Assembly: GCA_022184915.1 (NCBI GenBank)
Contig: JAGTJU010000008.1
Location: forward strand, 6,760-70,759
Reading direction: 5' to 3'
DNA length: 64,000 bases
Source: Myxococcales bacterium
GTDB lineage: Bacteria > Myxococcota_A > Polyangia > Fen-1088
Shown here: positions 36,881 to 45,285 of the stretch, piece after piece
Layout: each line of letters begins with the position of its first letter
How positions within the stretch are numbered: the first letter of the stretch is position 1
Position numbers and translations under genes: made by a program
Notes under the pieces: generated by a model
The model's input: the letters and a program-made list of their open reading frames with translations, nothing else
Told to the model about the DNA's origin: nothing
Databases searched by the model: none

Positions 36881-37954
36881 GTCGTGGGGGCGTTCTCCTG
36901 CGGGGGGCCTGCTCGGACCACGTTGGCCTCGTCCTCCGTCTACGTGCGGGCGGATACCGACCGCACCACCGTCGTCTCCCCGGAGATTCGCGCCGCGGCC
37001 GCGGTGGGAGAGAGGGTCACCGTCGAGGCCTCCGAGGTCGTGGATGCGTGGACGGGCGCCTCGATCGACGTCATCACGGCTGCCACCGGCACCATCCGCG
37101 AGCGGCGCTTCGAGACGAACGCCCAGGTGGGCTACAGGGGTGACCTCTGGGCGTTCGCCCTGGGGCTTCGGCACTCTTTCGAGAACGACTACGGGTCTTT
37201 GGGGGGCTCGCTGCGGCTGGCGGCTGACGTCTTCCAGCGCAACACCACCTTGGCTTTGGTGGGTTTTGGAAGCACGGATGCAGTGGGACGTGCGGGAGAT
37301 CCAGGCTTCCGCCGCGGGGTCGTGCAGCTGGGGGGGCGTGTCTCCGTCACGCAGGTGTTGACGCGTTCGACGCTGGCCGAGTTGCAGTGGGAGAGCGTTC
37401 GCCTCGAAGGATATCAAGCGAGTCCCTATCGCTTCGTGGGCGTTGGTGGCGATGGCGTGTGTGGGGGGCGAGCGGTGTTCTGTCTGCCCGAACATGTACC
37501 GGACGGTCGTCTGCGCAACGCACCCTCGATCCGGTTGCGCCAGGCGCTCTCCACCCGCGCCTCTTTGGGTTGCGATTATCGCTTCTACTTCGATTCTTGG
37601 GGCTTGCAGTCCCACACCATCGAACCTGACCTTGCCTGGCTGATGGGGCGGTCGGGAACGTTGAGCGTAAGCTTTCGCCATCACACGCAAGGACGGGCTG
37701 ACTTTTACCGCGCTCGTTACCTTGGTCTCGACGGCAGTGAAGGATTTTTTACGCGTGATCGCAAGCTCTCGACGTTCTCGTACCATGGTGTGGGACTCTC
37801 CTACGTTCACGATCTGAGGCTTCGCGACGAGGGTACGGTCCTGCAACTGGGGGCTCGTGCCGCCTTTACACGATTTCATTATCTGGAGTTCCTTGGGCTT
37901 GAACGGGTATCGGTGCTCGAGACCACGGCGTACGTCGCCTTGCGCTTCGAGTGA
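36810..37954 (+). CDS. outer-membrane beta-barrel-like protein (DUF3570-like pattern), 5' end uncertain/frameshifted
   Basis: From ~36840: RRASGCALFLGSFVVGAFSC (signal-like), then alternating-hydrophobic beta-strand sequence through …TAYVALRFE. The ATG at 36810 is in a different frame, so either a frameshift or a non-ATG start is needed. Confidence 0.4.
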
Positions 37955-38679
37955 CGTCGGCGCAGGTGACGACCCGCAACGAGGGCGAGACAAGCCCATG
38001 GCACAGACGGGATGCTCCCCCCGGCGGCGGACAGTGAACAGCCCGCCAGGGGTGTGCCTTCGGCGCGCAGTTCGTGACGAACTTCGAGCACACCGTCACC
38101 TTGGCTGTCGCCTGCGCTGTTTGAAAGCACCACCCCGAGTGCGAAGGTCAGCGACTTCGTCGGGGGCGCTGTAAAGGAGAGCGAGACCTCGCTGGCGCCG
38201 CAGTCGAGAACACCCACCACGCGCCGGAAACCAAGGTCATGCGCGTAAAACGCAGGTGGCGCGCTACCGACTTCGTCGCAGCGGGATGCTGGGTTCGCCT
38301 CGGCAGCAGGGGGCAATGTCACGGGAGGTGAACGGCCGAGGTCATCCATCAGTTCCATTTGCAGTGCGTGAGAGCCCCGATCCGGTGGCCAGCTCAGAGT
38401 GAGATTGTAGGTGGCGCCGGGAATGAAGGTGCGGGGCAGGGCGCTCTCGACGGGGGCGTCGTTCGTGAGGTTCCGCCAGGCGATGGCCACGACCGGCTCG
38501 GGGCCTCCCTCGTGGCATACACCGCAGCCAAACCCATCACCTGGCGCTCCCGTGAATTGTCTGCCCCCGCCACCGCCCTCCAGCGCCGGCAGCGCGAAGC
38601 GCCCGGGGTCCGAGAACGCCTGCGCAGATGAAGGAGCTGCAAGACCTGCGAGGCAGAACGCGGCCATCAGTGGCTTCAT
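37879..38679 (-). CDS. secreted CxxCH-motif protein with MYXO-CTERM-like C-terminal sorting tail
   Basis: Signal MKPLMAAFCLAGLAAPSSAQA, CGVCHEG, and a C-terminal …GCSLSAAGGSIPSVPWACLALVAGRHLRRRH (GCS, hydrophobic stretch, RRR). Confidence 0.5.
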   Translation of the reverse strand: MKPLMAAFCLAGLAAPSSAQAFSDPGRFALPALEGGGGGRQFTGAPGDGFGCGVCHEGGPEPVVAIAWRNLTNDAPVESALPRTFIPGATYNLTLSWPPDRGSHALQMELMDDLGRSPPVTLPPAAEANPASRCDEVGSAPPAFYAHDLGFRRVVGVLDCGASEVSLSFTAPPTKSLTFALGVVLSNSAGDSQGDGVLEVRHELRAEGTPLAGCSLSAAGGSIPSVPWACLALVAGRHLRRRHSKRKATYAVVSSTDTRSSPRNSR

Positions 38680-39137
38680 CGAAGAGTCTCCGCGGTCACG
38701 GCCCAGAAAAAGAGCGCCTCCCATCGGGGATCCCTCTTTGTCAGATAGATGCTTTGGCCCCAGGGGTCGTCACCCGCGTGACCTGCACCGCCTGCCTCCA
38801 CGGCCAACGGTTTTCGAAGGAGGGGGCCGCGCCGGACGCCGGATTCGCCCGCCAGCATGGAGGCCGCTCGTGTATACGCGAGGGCCAGCTCCTCAGCCGT
38901 GGGAGGATCGAAGAGGGCCGTCGCTGGGTCGAGCCGGGTGCGCCCGGGGCCGTGCACGCGAAAGAAGCGCTGTTCGTTTCCGTGACAACCCGAGAACGCG
39001 CAGTCGGCGAGCAGAATCGGATAGACGGTGGACGCAAACGCCGCAGGGTCGGGGCGGGGGGGGGACGCCTCCTCGGGAGGGGGTGCGCAGGCCCACAGGA
39101 TCGAGCCGACGAAGCACGCGCCCCATCGCCTCAGCAT
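38676..39137 (-). CDS. small secreted protein with CAFSGCH motif
   Basis: Signal MLRRWGACFVGSILWACA, 153 aa. It is overlap-coupled between the DUF2063 gene and the CxxCH-protein gene. Confidence 0.45.
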   Translation of the reverse strand: MLRRWGACFVGSILWACAPPPEEASPPRPDPAAFASTVYPILLADCAFSGCHGNEQRFFRVHGPGRTRLDPATALFDPPTAEELALAYTRAASMLAGESGVRRGPLLRKPLAVEAGGAGHAGDDPWGQSIYLTKRDPRWEALFFWAVTAETLR

Positions 39138-40015
39138 GGGTCTACGCCCTCCCAGAAGCCGAACTTCACCGACTCGGCAAGCCAGGCCTTCACAAGGTGC
39201 GAAAGACGAGTGGGGGGCAAAGCGATGGCTTCACGCTCGAGAGCCGCCAGGGCCTCGGCCAGCGGCAATTCCGACAAGCGTTCGTAGAGACGTGCCTGCA
39301 ATTCGTCGATCAGCCACAGGCGAGGCCCGGTTTCGCCCCTTACGAGGGCGGCGTGAACCCGCCGGGGGTGTTGCGGGGGTAGGGGCACGGGGGCTTCTGG
39401 AGGGAGTGAGGTCAAGCGGCTGCGCAACGCGAGCAGGGGCCAGTCTTCCTCGACCAAAAAGAACCGACCCGAGGGACGAAGGCGGCCCGTGGCCAGCTGG
39501 TCCGTGCCGACTCGCTGAAACGCACGCGACGTCTCCGCCCGGGGTTCCGGGGCCCAAAAAGCTGCACGGTACGCAGCATCGATGCGAGCGGCCTGGACGA
39601 GCGCCGTGGCGGATACGGCCGCACCCTCGAACGGCGGGAGTCCTGCGTTGTGACCTTGCGCGAGCCAATCGTCGAAGCCGAGGGCAACCTCCCCGAGGTC
39701 GTGCCCCCGGGGTGGGTGCTTTTCCAGGAAGCCTGCGACCAAACCGTTGAAGCCCCAAGCCCCCGCCAGTGCCGCGACCAGGCGATACTCGTTTTGCATG
39801 ACCGCGAACAAACGAAACCAGTACTGTCGCTGGTAGACCGCCAGCCTTTCGCCGGGACTGAGCCCATGGCCCGCTTTGGCCTCGTTCAACAGTCGACGAG
39901 GATAGTCTTCAGGACGGGCTCGCAGCGTCCGCGACCTGCGGTCCAGGGGCGTTCTCAGGACGTCAGAGAAGTCTCTCTGAAACTGCGCGAGCCAGGCAGG
40001 GCCTGCCAGGGTCAT
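39131..40015 (-). CDS. DUF2063-family protein (MNIO partner; BufC/HvfC-like)
   Basis: Start at MTLAGPAWLAQFQRDF (ATGA overlap with the DUF692 stop). RLAVYQRQYWFRLFAVMQNEYRLVAALAGAWGFNGLVAGFLEKHPPRGHDLGEV matches the DUF2063 core (vYrnn…FP…G…F…HPP…L). Confidence 0.6.
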   Translation of the reverse strand: MTLAGPAWLAQFQRDFSDVLRTPLDRRSRTLRARPEDYPRRLLNEAKAGHGLSPGERLAVYQRQYWFRLFAVMQNEYRLVAALAGAWGFNGLVAGFLEKHPPRGHDLGEVALGFDDWLAQGHNAGLPPFEGAAVSATALVQAARIDAAYRAAFWAPEPRAETSRAFQRVGTDQLATGRLRPSGRFFLVEEDWPLLALRSRLTSLPPEAPVPLPPQHPRRVHAALVRGETGPRLWLIDELQARLYERLSELPLAEALAALEREAIALPPTRLSHLVKAWLAESVKFGFWEGVDPC

Positions 40016-40956
40016 GCGCGGACCTTTCGTGCCTCGGCGAGTTCCTCGATGACGACCTCGAGGGGTGGTATCGCTGCGTCCCACTCGACGAGCGTAGGAA
40101 AGGGCCCCCCCAAAGCCCAGGCGAAGCGATAGAGCTCCCAAACCTCCCGAATGATGGGTTGGTCGTGGGTGTCGATGATCGTTCCATCCGGCTGTTTCGT
40201 GTGGCCAGCGAGGTGCACCTGCAGCACGCGCGAGTAGTCGATCGCCTCGAGGTACACCCGTGGGTCGAAGCCGTGGTTGACGCTCGAAACGTACACGTTG
40301 TTGATGTCCAACATGAACCAGCAGCCTGAGTCTTTGACGACGCGGGAGTAAAACTCCCACTCCGGCATGGAGGAGCGCTCGAATGCGACGTAGGTGGACA
40401 GGTTCTCGATGCCAAAGGGCCGGTCAAGCCGGCGCTGCACTTCACAAGCACGCTCTGCAGCCAGCTCGACGAGCTCGGGGACATAAGGGGTGGGCAGCAG
40501 GTCGTGGTGCGAGACGCCTTCGGCCCCCGACCAGCACAGGTGATCGGTGACGAAAGGCACCGCGAGAGCATTGGCCAGATCGGTGACCTTCTGCAGGTAC
40601 TCTTCGTCGAGAGGCGCGTGTCCCAGGAGGTTCAGCGTCACCCCGTGCATGACCACGGGATAGAGGGCACGAATCCGTGCCAGATGCCGGTTGGGTGGTG
40701 AGTCTGGACGAAGATAGTTCTCCGTAATGATCTCGACGTAATCAACGGGTGGTTTGGTCGTCTGGAGTGCGTCGTAAAACGGGGGCCGGAGCCCAACGCC
40801 CAGGGCGTCGCGGGCGAGGGCAGGCCTGGCGGTGTCTTTGGCCTTTGGAGACACGAGCCCGGGAGGGTACCTCAGGATCGTTCTGCCTCCCCTGCGGCAA
40901 TAGGTCGCACCCCCTGACCTTGCCCCCGGGGCTGGCTGGCGGCACCCTCGTGGCAT
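40012..40956 (-). CDS. DUF692/MNIO-family enzyme (BufB/HvfB-like)
   Basis: LGVGLRPPFYDALQTTKPPVDYVEIITENYL… HGVTLNLLG… FMLDINNVYVSSVNHG… LQVHLAGH is a canonical DUF692 domain. The true start may be a GTG near 40851 rather than the first ATG. Confidence 0.7.
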   Translation of the reverse strand: MPRGCRQPAPGARSGGATYCRRGGRTILRYPPGLVSPKAKDTARPALARDALGVGLRPPFYDALQTTKPPVDYVEIITENYLRPDSPPNRHLARIRALYPVVMHGVTLNLLGHAPLDEEYLQKVTDLANALAVPFVTDHLCWSGAEGVSHHDLLPTPYVPELVELAAERACEVQRRLDRPFGIENLSTYVAFERSSMPEWEFYSRVVKDSGCWFMLDINNVYVSSVNHGFDPRVYLEAIDYSRVLQVHLAGHTKQPDGTIIDTHDQPIIREVWELYRFAWALGGPFPTLVEWDAAIPPLEVVIEELAEARKVRA

Positions 40957-41185
40957 GCAGGATCGCAGTTTGCGCACACGTCTCGGCCTTCTTGCCTGCG
41001 CGCTTCTTTCGTTCCTCACGGGCTGCCTGCGTGTTCCGCCCTACCTGCGAGAGACCCTGGCCCGACGCGACATGACCCTGGGGCGGGAGGCCGCCCTTCG
41101 AGCGGGGGAACGCCACGCGCAGGCCTACCGAGAAGGTGCGAGTGGGGGAGGAGAGGTCCGAAGTGGAGGTTGCGGGTGCAACTGA
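40955..41185 (+). CDS. 76-aa lipoprotein ending in GGCGCN (candidate MNIO substrate/precursor)
   Basis: Lipoprotein signal MQDRSLRTRLGLLACALLSFLTGC, then a 52-aa mature peptide ending …GGGEVRSGGCGCN*. It is divergent from the DUF692-DUF2063 operon. Confidence 0.4.
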   Translation: MQDRSLRTRLGLLACALLSFLTGCLRVPPYLRETLARRDMTLGREAALRAGERHAQAYREGASGGGEVRSGGCGCN

Positions 41186-41689
41186 CGCGCCGGGCGCATC
41201 GCACGTTCGAGCGGTCTCACGGCCGCATGCGTCACGCTGGGCGGAGACGTCAACAGTGTTCAGCTTGACCTGAGGGCGCTCTTCGATACCGTCTCCGCGG
41301 AGACTACGATGACCATGGTCATGGTCATGTGCCGACCGTGTGATCGTTGCCACCGCTCTGGGAAAGGGCCTCCCCTTGTTGACCAAAGATGAGAGGATCC
41401 ACGGGTTCGCTGACGTCACCTCTATCTGGTGATGGCCATGCCACGGGGCTCGCGCCAACGTGAAATGGTGTTCAGCACCAGGCCGCCCACACGCCGTCGC
41501 AAAGGCGTTTGGCCTCCAAGTGTGCTTGTGAATCCGTCCGTTTCGGGCGACGCTCGGGTTCCGAGGGAACTGCGTGGTGTGGACGTGTCGATGAGTGGCG
41601 AGCCGATCATCCGAGAGCGCCTGCAGAGGTTCGTGGAGCTCATGCAACGCGTGGTTTCCCTGCGTTTCCACGTCACCGATGCGCAGGGG

Positions 41690-41795
41690 GGTGGATAGGA
41701 AGTTTAAAGGAGACAACGCGTCGAGTCAGAAAGCCCGATAAAATATGTTCTGTCAACTAACGTAAGCCGCCTTGCGCCCTAAGCTGGCTGCCGGG
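41690..41795 (-). repeat. repeat-family copy G (longest, ~106 bp, includes the GTGGATAGGAAGTTTAAAGGAGACAACGCGTCGAGTCAGA extension)
   Basis: …GGTGGATAGGAAGTTTAAAGGAGACAACGCGTCGAGTCAGAAAGCCCGATAAAATATGTTCTGTCAACTAACGTAAGCCGCCTTGCGCCCTAAGCTGGCTGCCGGG. Confidence 0.7.
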
Positions 41796-41813
41796 CAAAG
41801 GAATCGTCAGAAA

Positions 41814-43144
41814 GGGCCTGCCGCGAAATAAATAGGTTGACTTTATCTGCGAGGAGGATCTCCATTGGAGGTGCATGACCAAGGAACGATCGCGGCGTGA
41901 ATCCGAGATACGGGATCGCTACGGCAAGATAAAGGGGAGTCTGACAGAGAGAGCTCGGCGGCTATTCGTGGCGAACGAGGCGATCGCTTTTGGCTACGGC
42001 GGCATTGTCGCTGCATCTCGTGCGACGGGTATGGCACCGAGCGTGGTGGGGCGCGGGATCGCCGAAGTACGGGCGATCGAAAACGGGACGGCGAGGCATT
42101 TACCGCCAACGCGAAGCCGTCGACCAGGCGCCGGGCGCAAGAAGGCAACCGAGAAGGATCCGAGATTGATTCCGGATCTGAAGAAGCTTGTAGAATCGAC
42201 GACACGCGGAGATCCCGAGTCGCCGCTTCTGTGGACAGCTCGTAGCCAGCGCAATCTCGTGGAGGCGCTCAAGAAGCAGGGGCACCAAACGAGCATGAAG
42301 ATGGTCTCAAGACTGCTCAAGGAGCTCGGCTACAGTCTCCAGGCGAATCGCAAGCGGCTTGAGGGCGCGCAGCATCCAGATCGAAACGCTCAGTTTGAGC
42401 ACATCAACGAGACACTCCGTCGACAGCTCGAAACGAACGAGCCGGCGATCTCTGTGGACACGAAGAAACGAGAGCTTGTCGGACCGTACAAGAACGGCGG
42501 CCGCGAGCTCAGCGGGAAGGAAGATCCGGTCGATGTCAACGTGCACGACTTCGTCGACGACGAAAAGGGACGCGCCACACCGTACGGCATCTACGACCTC
42601 CAGAAGAACGAGGCGTGGGTCAGCGTTGGCGTGAGCCACGACACGGGGGAATTCGCGGTGCAGAGCATCCGCACCTGGTGGAGCGAGATGGGCGCCTCGA
42701 GGTATCCAAACGCGACCTCGCTCGTGATCACGGCGGACGGAGGTGGAAGCAACGGCTATAGGCTGCGCCTATGGAAGCTCGAGCTACAAAAGCTCGTCGA
42801 CGACCTGCGCTTCCCCATCACCGTCTGTCATCTGCCTCCGGGAACGAGCAAGTGGAACAAGATCGAGCACCGCTTGTTTTCCTTCATCACCCAGAACTGG
42901 CGCGGAAAGCCTCTGGTCACCCATCAAGTCATCGTCAATCTAATCGCAGCGACGACGACGACGACCGGACTGCTCGTGAAGAGCCGAGTCGACAGTCGCA
43001 CTTACGCCAAGGGTCGCCGCGTCTCGGACAAGGACCTCGCACTCGTGAATCTCGATCCCAACGTCTTCCACGGCGAGTGGAACTACACCATCCACCCGAC
43101 CGTACCGACATGACGAGACGATCGACTTTTTTCGCGGCAGCCCC
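41814..43144 (+). mobile_element. ISAzo13-family insertion sequence, copy 2 (inverted relative to copy 1)
   Basis: Same 1331-bp element as 27377-28707 with the same termini. Only the flanks differ. Confidence 0.75.
41875..43113 (+). CDS. ISAzo13-family transposase (identical to 27408-28646)
   Basis: 412 aa identical. The ORFs nested on the opposite strand (41843-42205 and others) mirror those of copy 1. Confidence 0.75.
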   Translation: MTKERSRRESEIRDRYGKIKGSLTERARRLFVANEAIAFGYGGIVAASRATGMAPSVVGRGIAEVRAIENGTARHLPPTRSRRPGAGRKKATEKDPRLIPDLKKLVESTTRGDPESPLLWTARSQRNLVEALKKQGHQTSMKMVSRLLKELGYSLQANRKRLEGAQHPDRNAQFEHINETLRRQLETNEPAISVDTKKRELVGPYKNGGRELSGKEDPVDVNVHDFVDDEKGRATPYGIYDLQKNEAWVSVGVSHDTGEFAVQSIRTWWSEMGASRYPNATSLVITADGGGSNGYRLRLWKLELQKLVDDLRFPITVCHLPPGTSKWNKIEHRLFSFITQNWRGKPLVTHQVIVNLIAATTTTTGLLVKSRVDSRTYAKGRRVSDKDLALVNLDPNVFHGEWNYTIHPTVPT

Positions 43145-43430
43145 TTAGTCTCAGGGGTAAAGCACTCAAGGAGGCCGCGGCCACTCTTGACATAAGCGTG
43201 AAAACAGTTGAGCAGTATTGGGCGCGGATCTACGTCAAGATTGGCTGCAATAGCCGGGAAGCTGTTGTAGGCCAGCTTGTTGAAATGATGACTGAAAGCC
43301 CAGATAACTATTTATCAGACCCACGCACAAGCGGCCGTGCCTAGGACGTTCCAAGCGCGAGACGTCCATGTGTCCTATTTTGGCGTGCGTACAGGAACTA
43401 CAAGCGCCACGTCCCTCCGCGGCAAATTTG

Positions 43431-43493
43431 TCTGATAAAACATGTTCTATCAACTAACGTAAGCCGCCTTGCGTCCTTAGCCTTACTGCCGGG
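43431..43493 (-). repeat. repeat-family copy H (diverged)
   Basis: The reverse complement is CCCGGCAGTAAGGCTAAGGACGCAAGGCGGCTTACGTTAGTTGATAGAACATGTTTTATCAGAC. Confidence 0.65.
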
Positions 43494-43608
43494 CGAAAAC
43501 AAGGACCACGCGAGAATCAAGCCGTATTGAATCAGTATTTCACAATACATTTGCATGGCGCGGTCAGATCTCCCCCCTCCAGCCCCACCCTCGGCTCCCT
43601 ACAGAACC

Positions 43609-45111
43609 TCAAGCCGGCCACAGATCCGAATCACATCCCGTCTCGCCCGTGCCTCCGGGCGGTCCCCTCGCCGGTGACCACGTGGGCACCTCCGCTGAGA
43701 GGCCCTTGTAGGCCAGGATCGTCTCGATAGCCCCCCGCTCTTGCACAGGGCCCAGCACCTTCATCGGCCCCGCGCAGCGCGGGCACACCAGCACCTCGTG
43801 AGCGAACACGCGCCGCATGAGCTCGGCCCAGCTCATCGCCGCTGCGTCGCCTCGCTCCCGTAGCTCCGTGACGTGGTCCTCACCCCCATCACCTTCGCCC
43901 TCGCGCTTGCCACACCCTCGTCGCGCCTTGCGCCCTGCCCCTCCCGGCACGATGCGGGCCCGATCCGCCGCCGCAGGCGCGAACACCCCGTGGTAGCGAA
44001 CCAGTTGGGCGCGCGGACGTGGCACCAACGCAACCAGCTTCTCGATGAACTCCTCGGGCGTAAACGCAACGTGCGTGGTGCCGTCGCGCCACGGCCGTTT
44101 GAGCCTGACGGCCACTCGCCCGTCGGGCAACTCCGAAAGCCTATCTTCGCTCAGCGGTGGCCGTGCGATGTAGCGAATCAGCCGCTCCAGGCCGTCCCTG
44201 TCGTTGGCTGCGATGCGCGTGCTGGCGTGCAGGTTGAAGCCCTCCACGAACGCGCACTGCTTCCCCAACACGTAGGGTTCCCACGACGCGATCGGATCGT
44301 TGCCGAGCCGCATGACCGCTTGTCCTCGGCGCCTTCCCGTGGCGATGAGGGCTTTGACCGAAGCGCCTGCGATCACGGAGAGCGCCTCGGCGTCGGCAGC
44401 GTCTCGTTCCTCTGACGAGGCAAGCGCCCGCGTTACACCCTCCCAGATCCGCGCGGTCACCTCGGCCACCTCCTCATCGCGCGGAGGTGGCGTGGCGAAG
44501 AACGCGGGCCGCCCGGGCGTGTCGACACGGAACACGCCGTCGGTCACAACGGAATGAAAGTGAACGTTCAGCGCAAGGCCCGAGCCGAAGCGCTGAATCA
44601 CCGTCACGGCGCCCGTGGCGAGCGCGCCGCGCACTCCGGCCTTGCGCGCACGCTTTCGGTACCACCGGCTCACCTCGCGCAGAAAGACCCTCAGCACCAC
44701 GCTGGCCAGGTGTGGCTCGCGCGCCATGCGGTAGCGAAGCGCGTGCGGCACCGTCAGCACCCACTGGCGTGCTGGGACCGCCGGAAACACGTTGTCCACC
44801 ACGTGCGCGGCCGTCTCGGCCATGCGCCGCCCAAGGCAGCTGGGGCAAAAGCCTCTTCGTTTGCACGAAAACGCCACGAGCCGCGTCTCGGCGCAGGCTT
44901 CGCAACGAACGTTGACGAACCCCTTGCCCAGAATCCCGCAACCCAGATACGCCTCGAACTCCGCCGCCACGAAGGCGGGCAGAAAACCACCCTCGCCTTG
45001 CAGATTGTCGCGGAACGTGAGCCAGGTGTCCTGCACCACGCGGTGAAGCTGCGTCTTTTCAGGCTCCCGGCGCCGATACCCCGAGACTTTCCCTGCGGCT
45101 CTGTCGACCAC
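43609..45111 (-). CDS. IS91-family (Y2 HUH rolling-circle) transposase
   Basis: The N-terminal zinc-ribbon is CEACAETRLVAFSCKRRGFCPSCLGRRM. The HUH-like motif is NVHFHSVVTDGVF. The C-terminal …RYIARPPLSEDRL…VRYHGVF is the tyrosine region. Confidence 0.7.
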   Translation of the reverse strand: MVDRAAGKVSGYRRREPEKTQLHRVVQDTWLTFRDNLQGEGGFLPAFVAAEFEAYLGCGILGKGFVNVRCEACAETRLVAFSCKRRGFCPSCLGRRMAETAAHVVDNVFPAVPARQWVLTVPHALRYRMAREPHLASVVLRVFLREVSRWYRKRARKAGVRGALATGAVTVIQRFGSGLALNVHFHSVVTDGVFRVDTPGRPAFFATPPPRDEEVAEVTARIWEGVTRALASSEERDAADAEALSVIAGASVKALIATGRRRGQAVMRLGNDPIASWEPYVLGKQCAFVEGFNLHASTRIAANDRDGLERLIRYIARPPLSEDRLSELPDGRVAVRLKRPWRDGTTHVAFTPEEFIEKLVALVPRPRAQLVRYHGVFAPAAADRARIVPGGAGRKARRGCGKREGEGDGGEDHVTELRERGDAAAMSWAELMRRVFAHEVLVCPRCAGPMKVLGPVQERGAIETILAYKGLSAEVPTWSPARGPPGGTGETGCDSDLWPA

Positions 45112-45285
45112 CCGGGCTTATCGCGCCCGCAAACGAGACCCGCCCCCCTGGAGCCCCGAAGAGGCTAGCCTGACAGGAGACGGAAGGGTGTACCCGGTCT
45201 GCCGGGCGGCCAAACGAAGCCTCTGGCCCCCCAACAGGAGAACGCCTGTTTCCAGGACCGGCCGGCACCTGATAGAAAGGCCGCC

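Noticed and set aside
36254-37999. 581-aa minus-strand ORF taken as one protein
   Set aside because: Only the C-terminal ~200 aa (36254-36880) look like a real lipoprotein. The rest is antisense to the plus-strand beta-barrel gene.
6296-43493. Repeat family interpreted as integron attC sites, tRNA-derived att sites or group II intron domain V/VI
   Set aside because: There is no R''-L''/L'-R' attC symmetry with GTTRRRY/RYYYAAC cores at the expected spacing. There is no tRNA-like acceptor/T-arm sequence anywhere in the window. There is no domain-V consensus (GAGC…GAAAG…GTTC).
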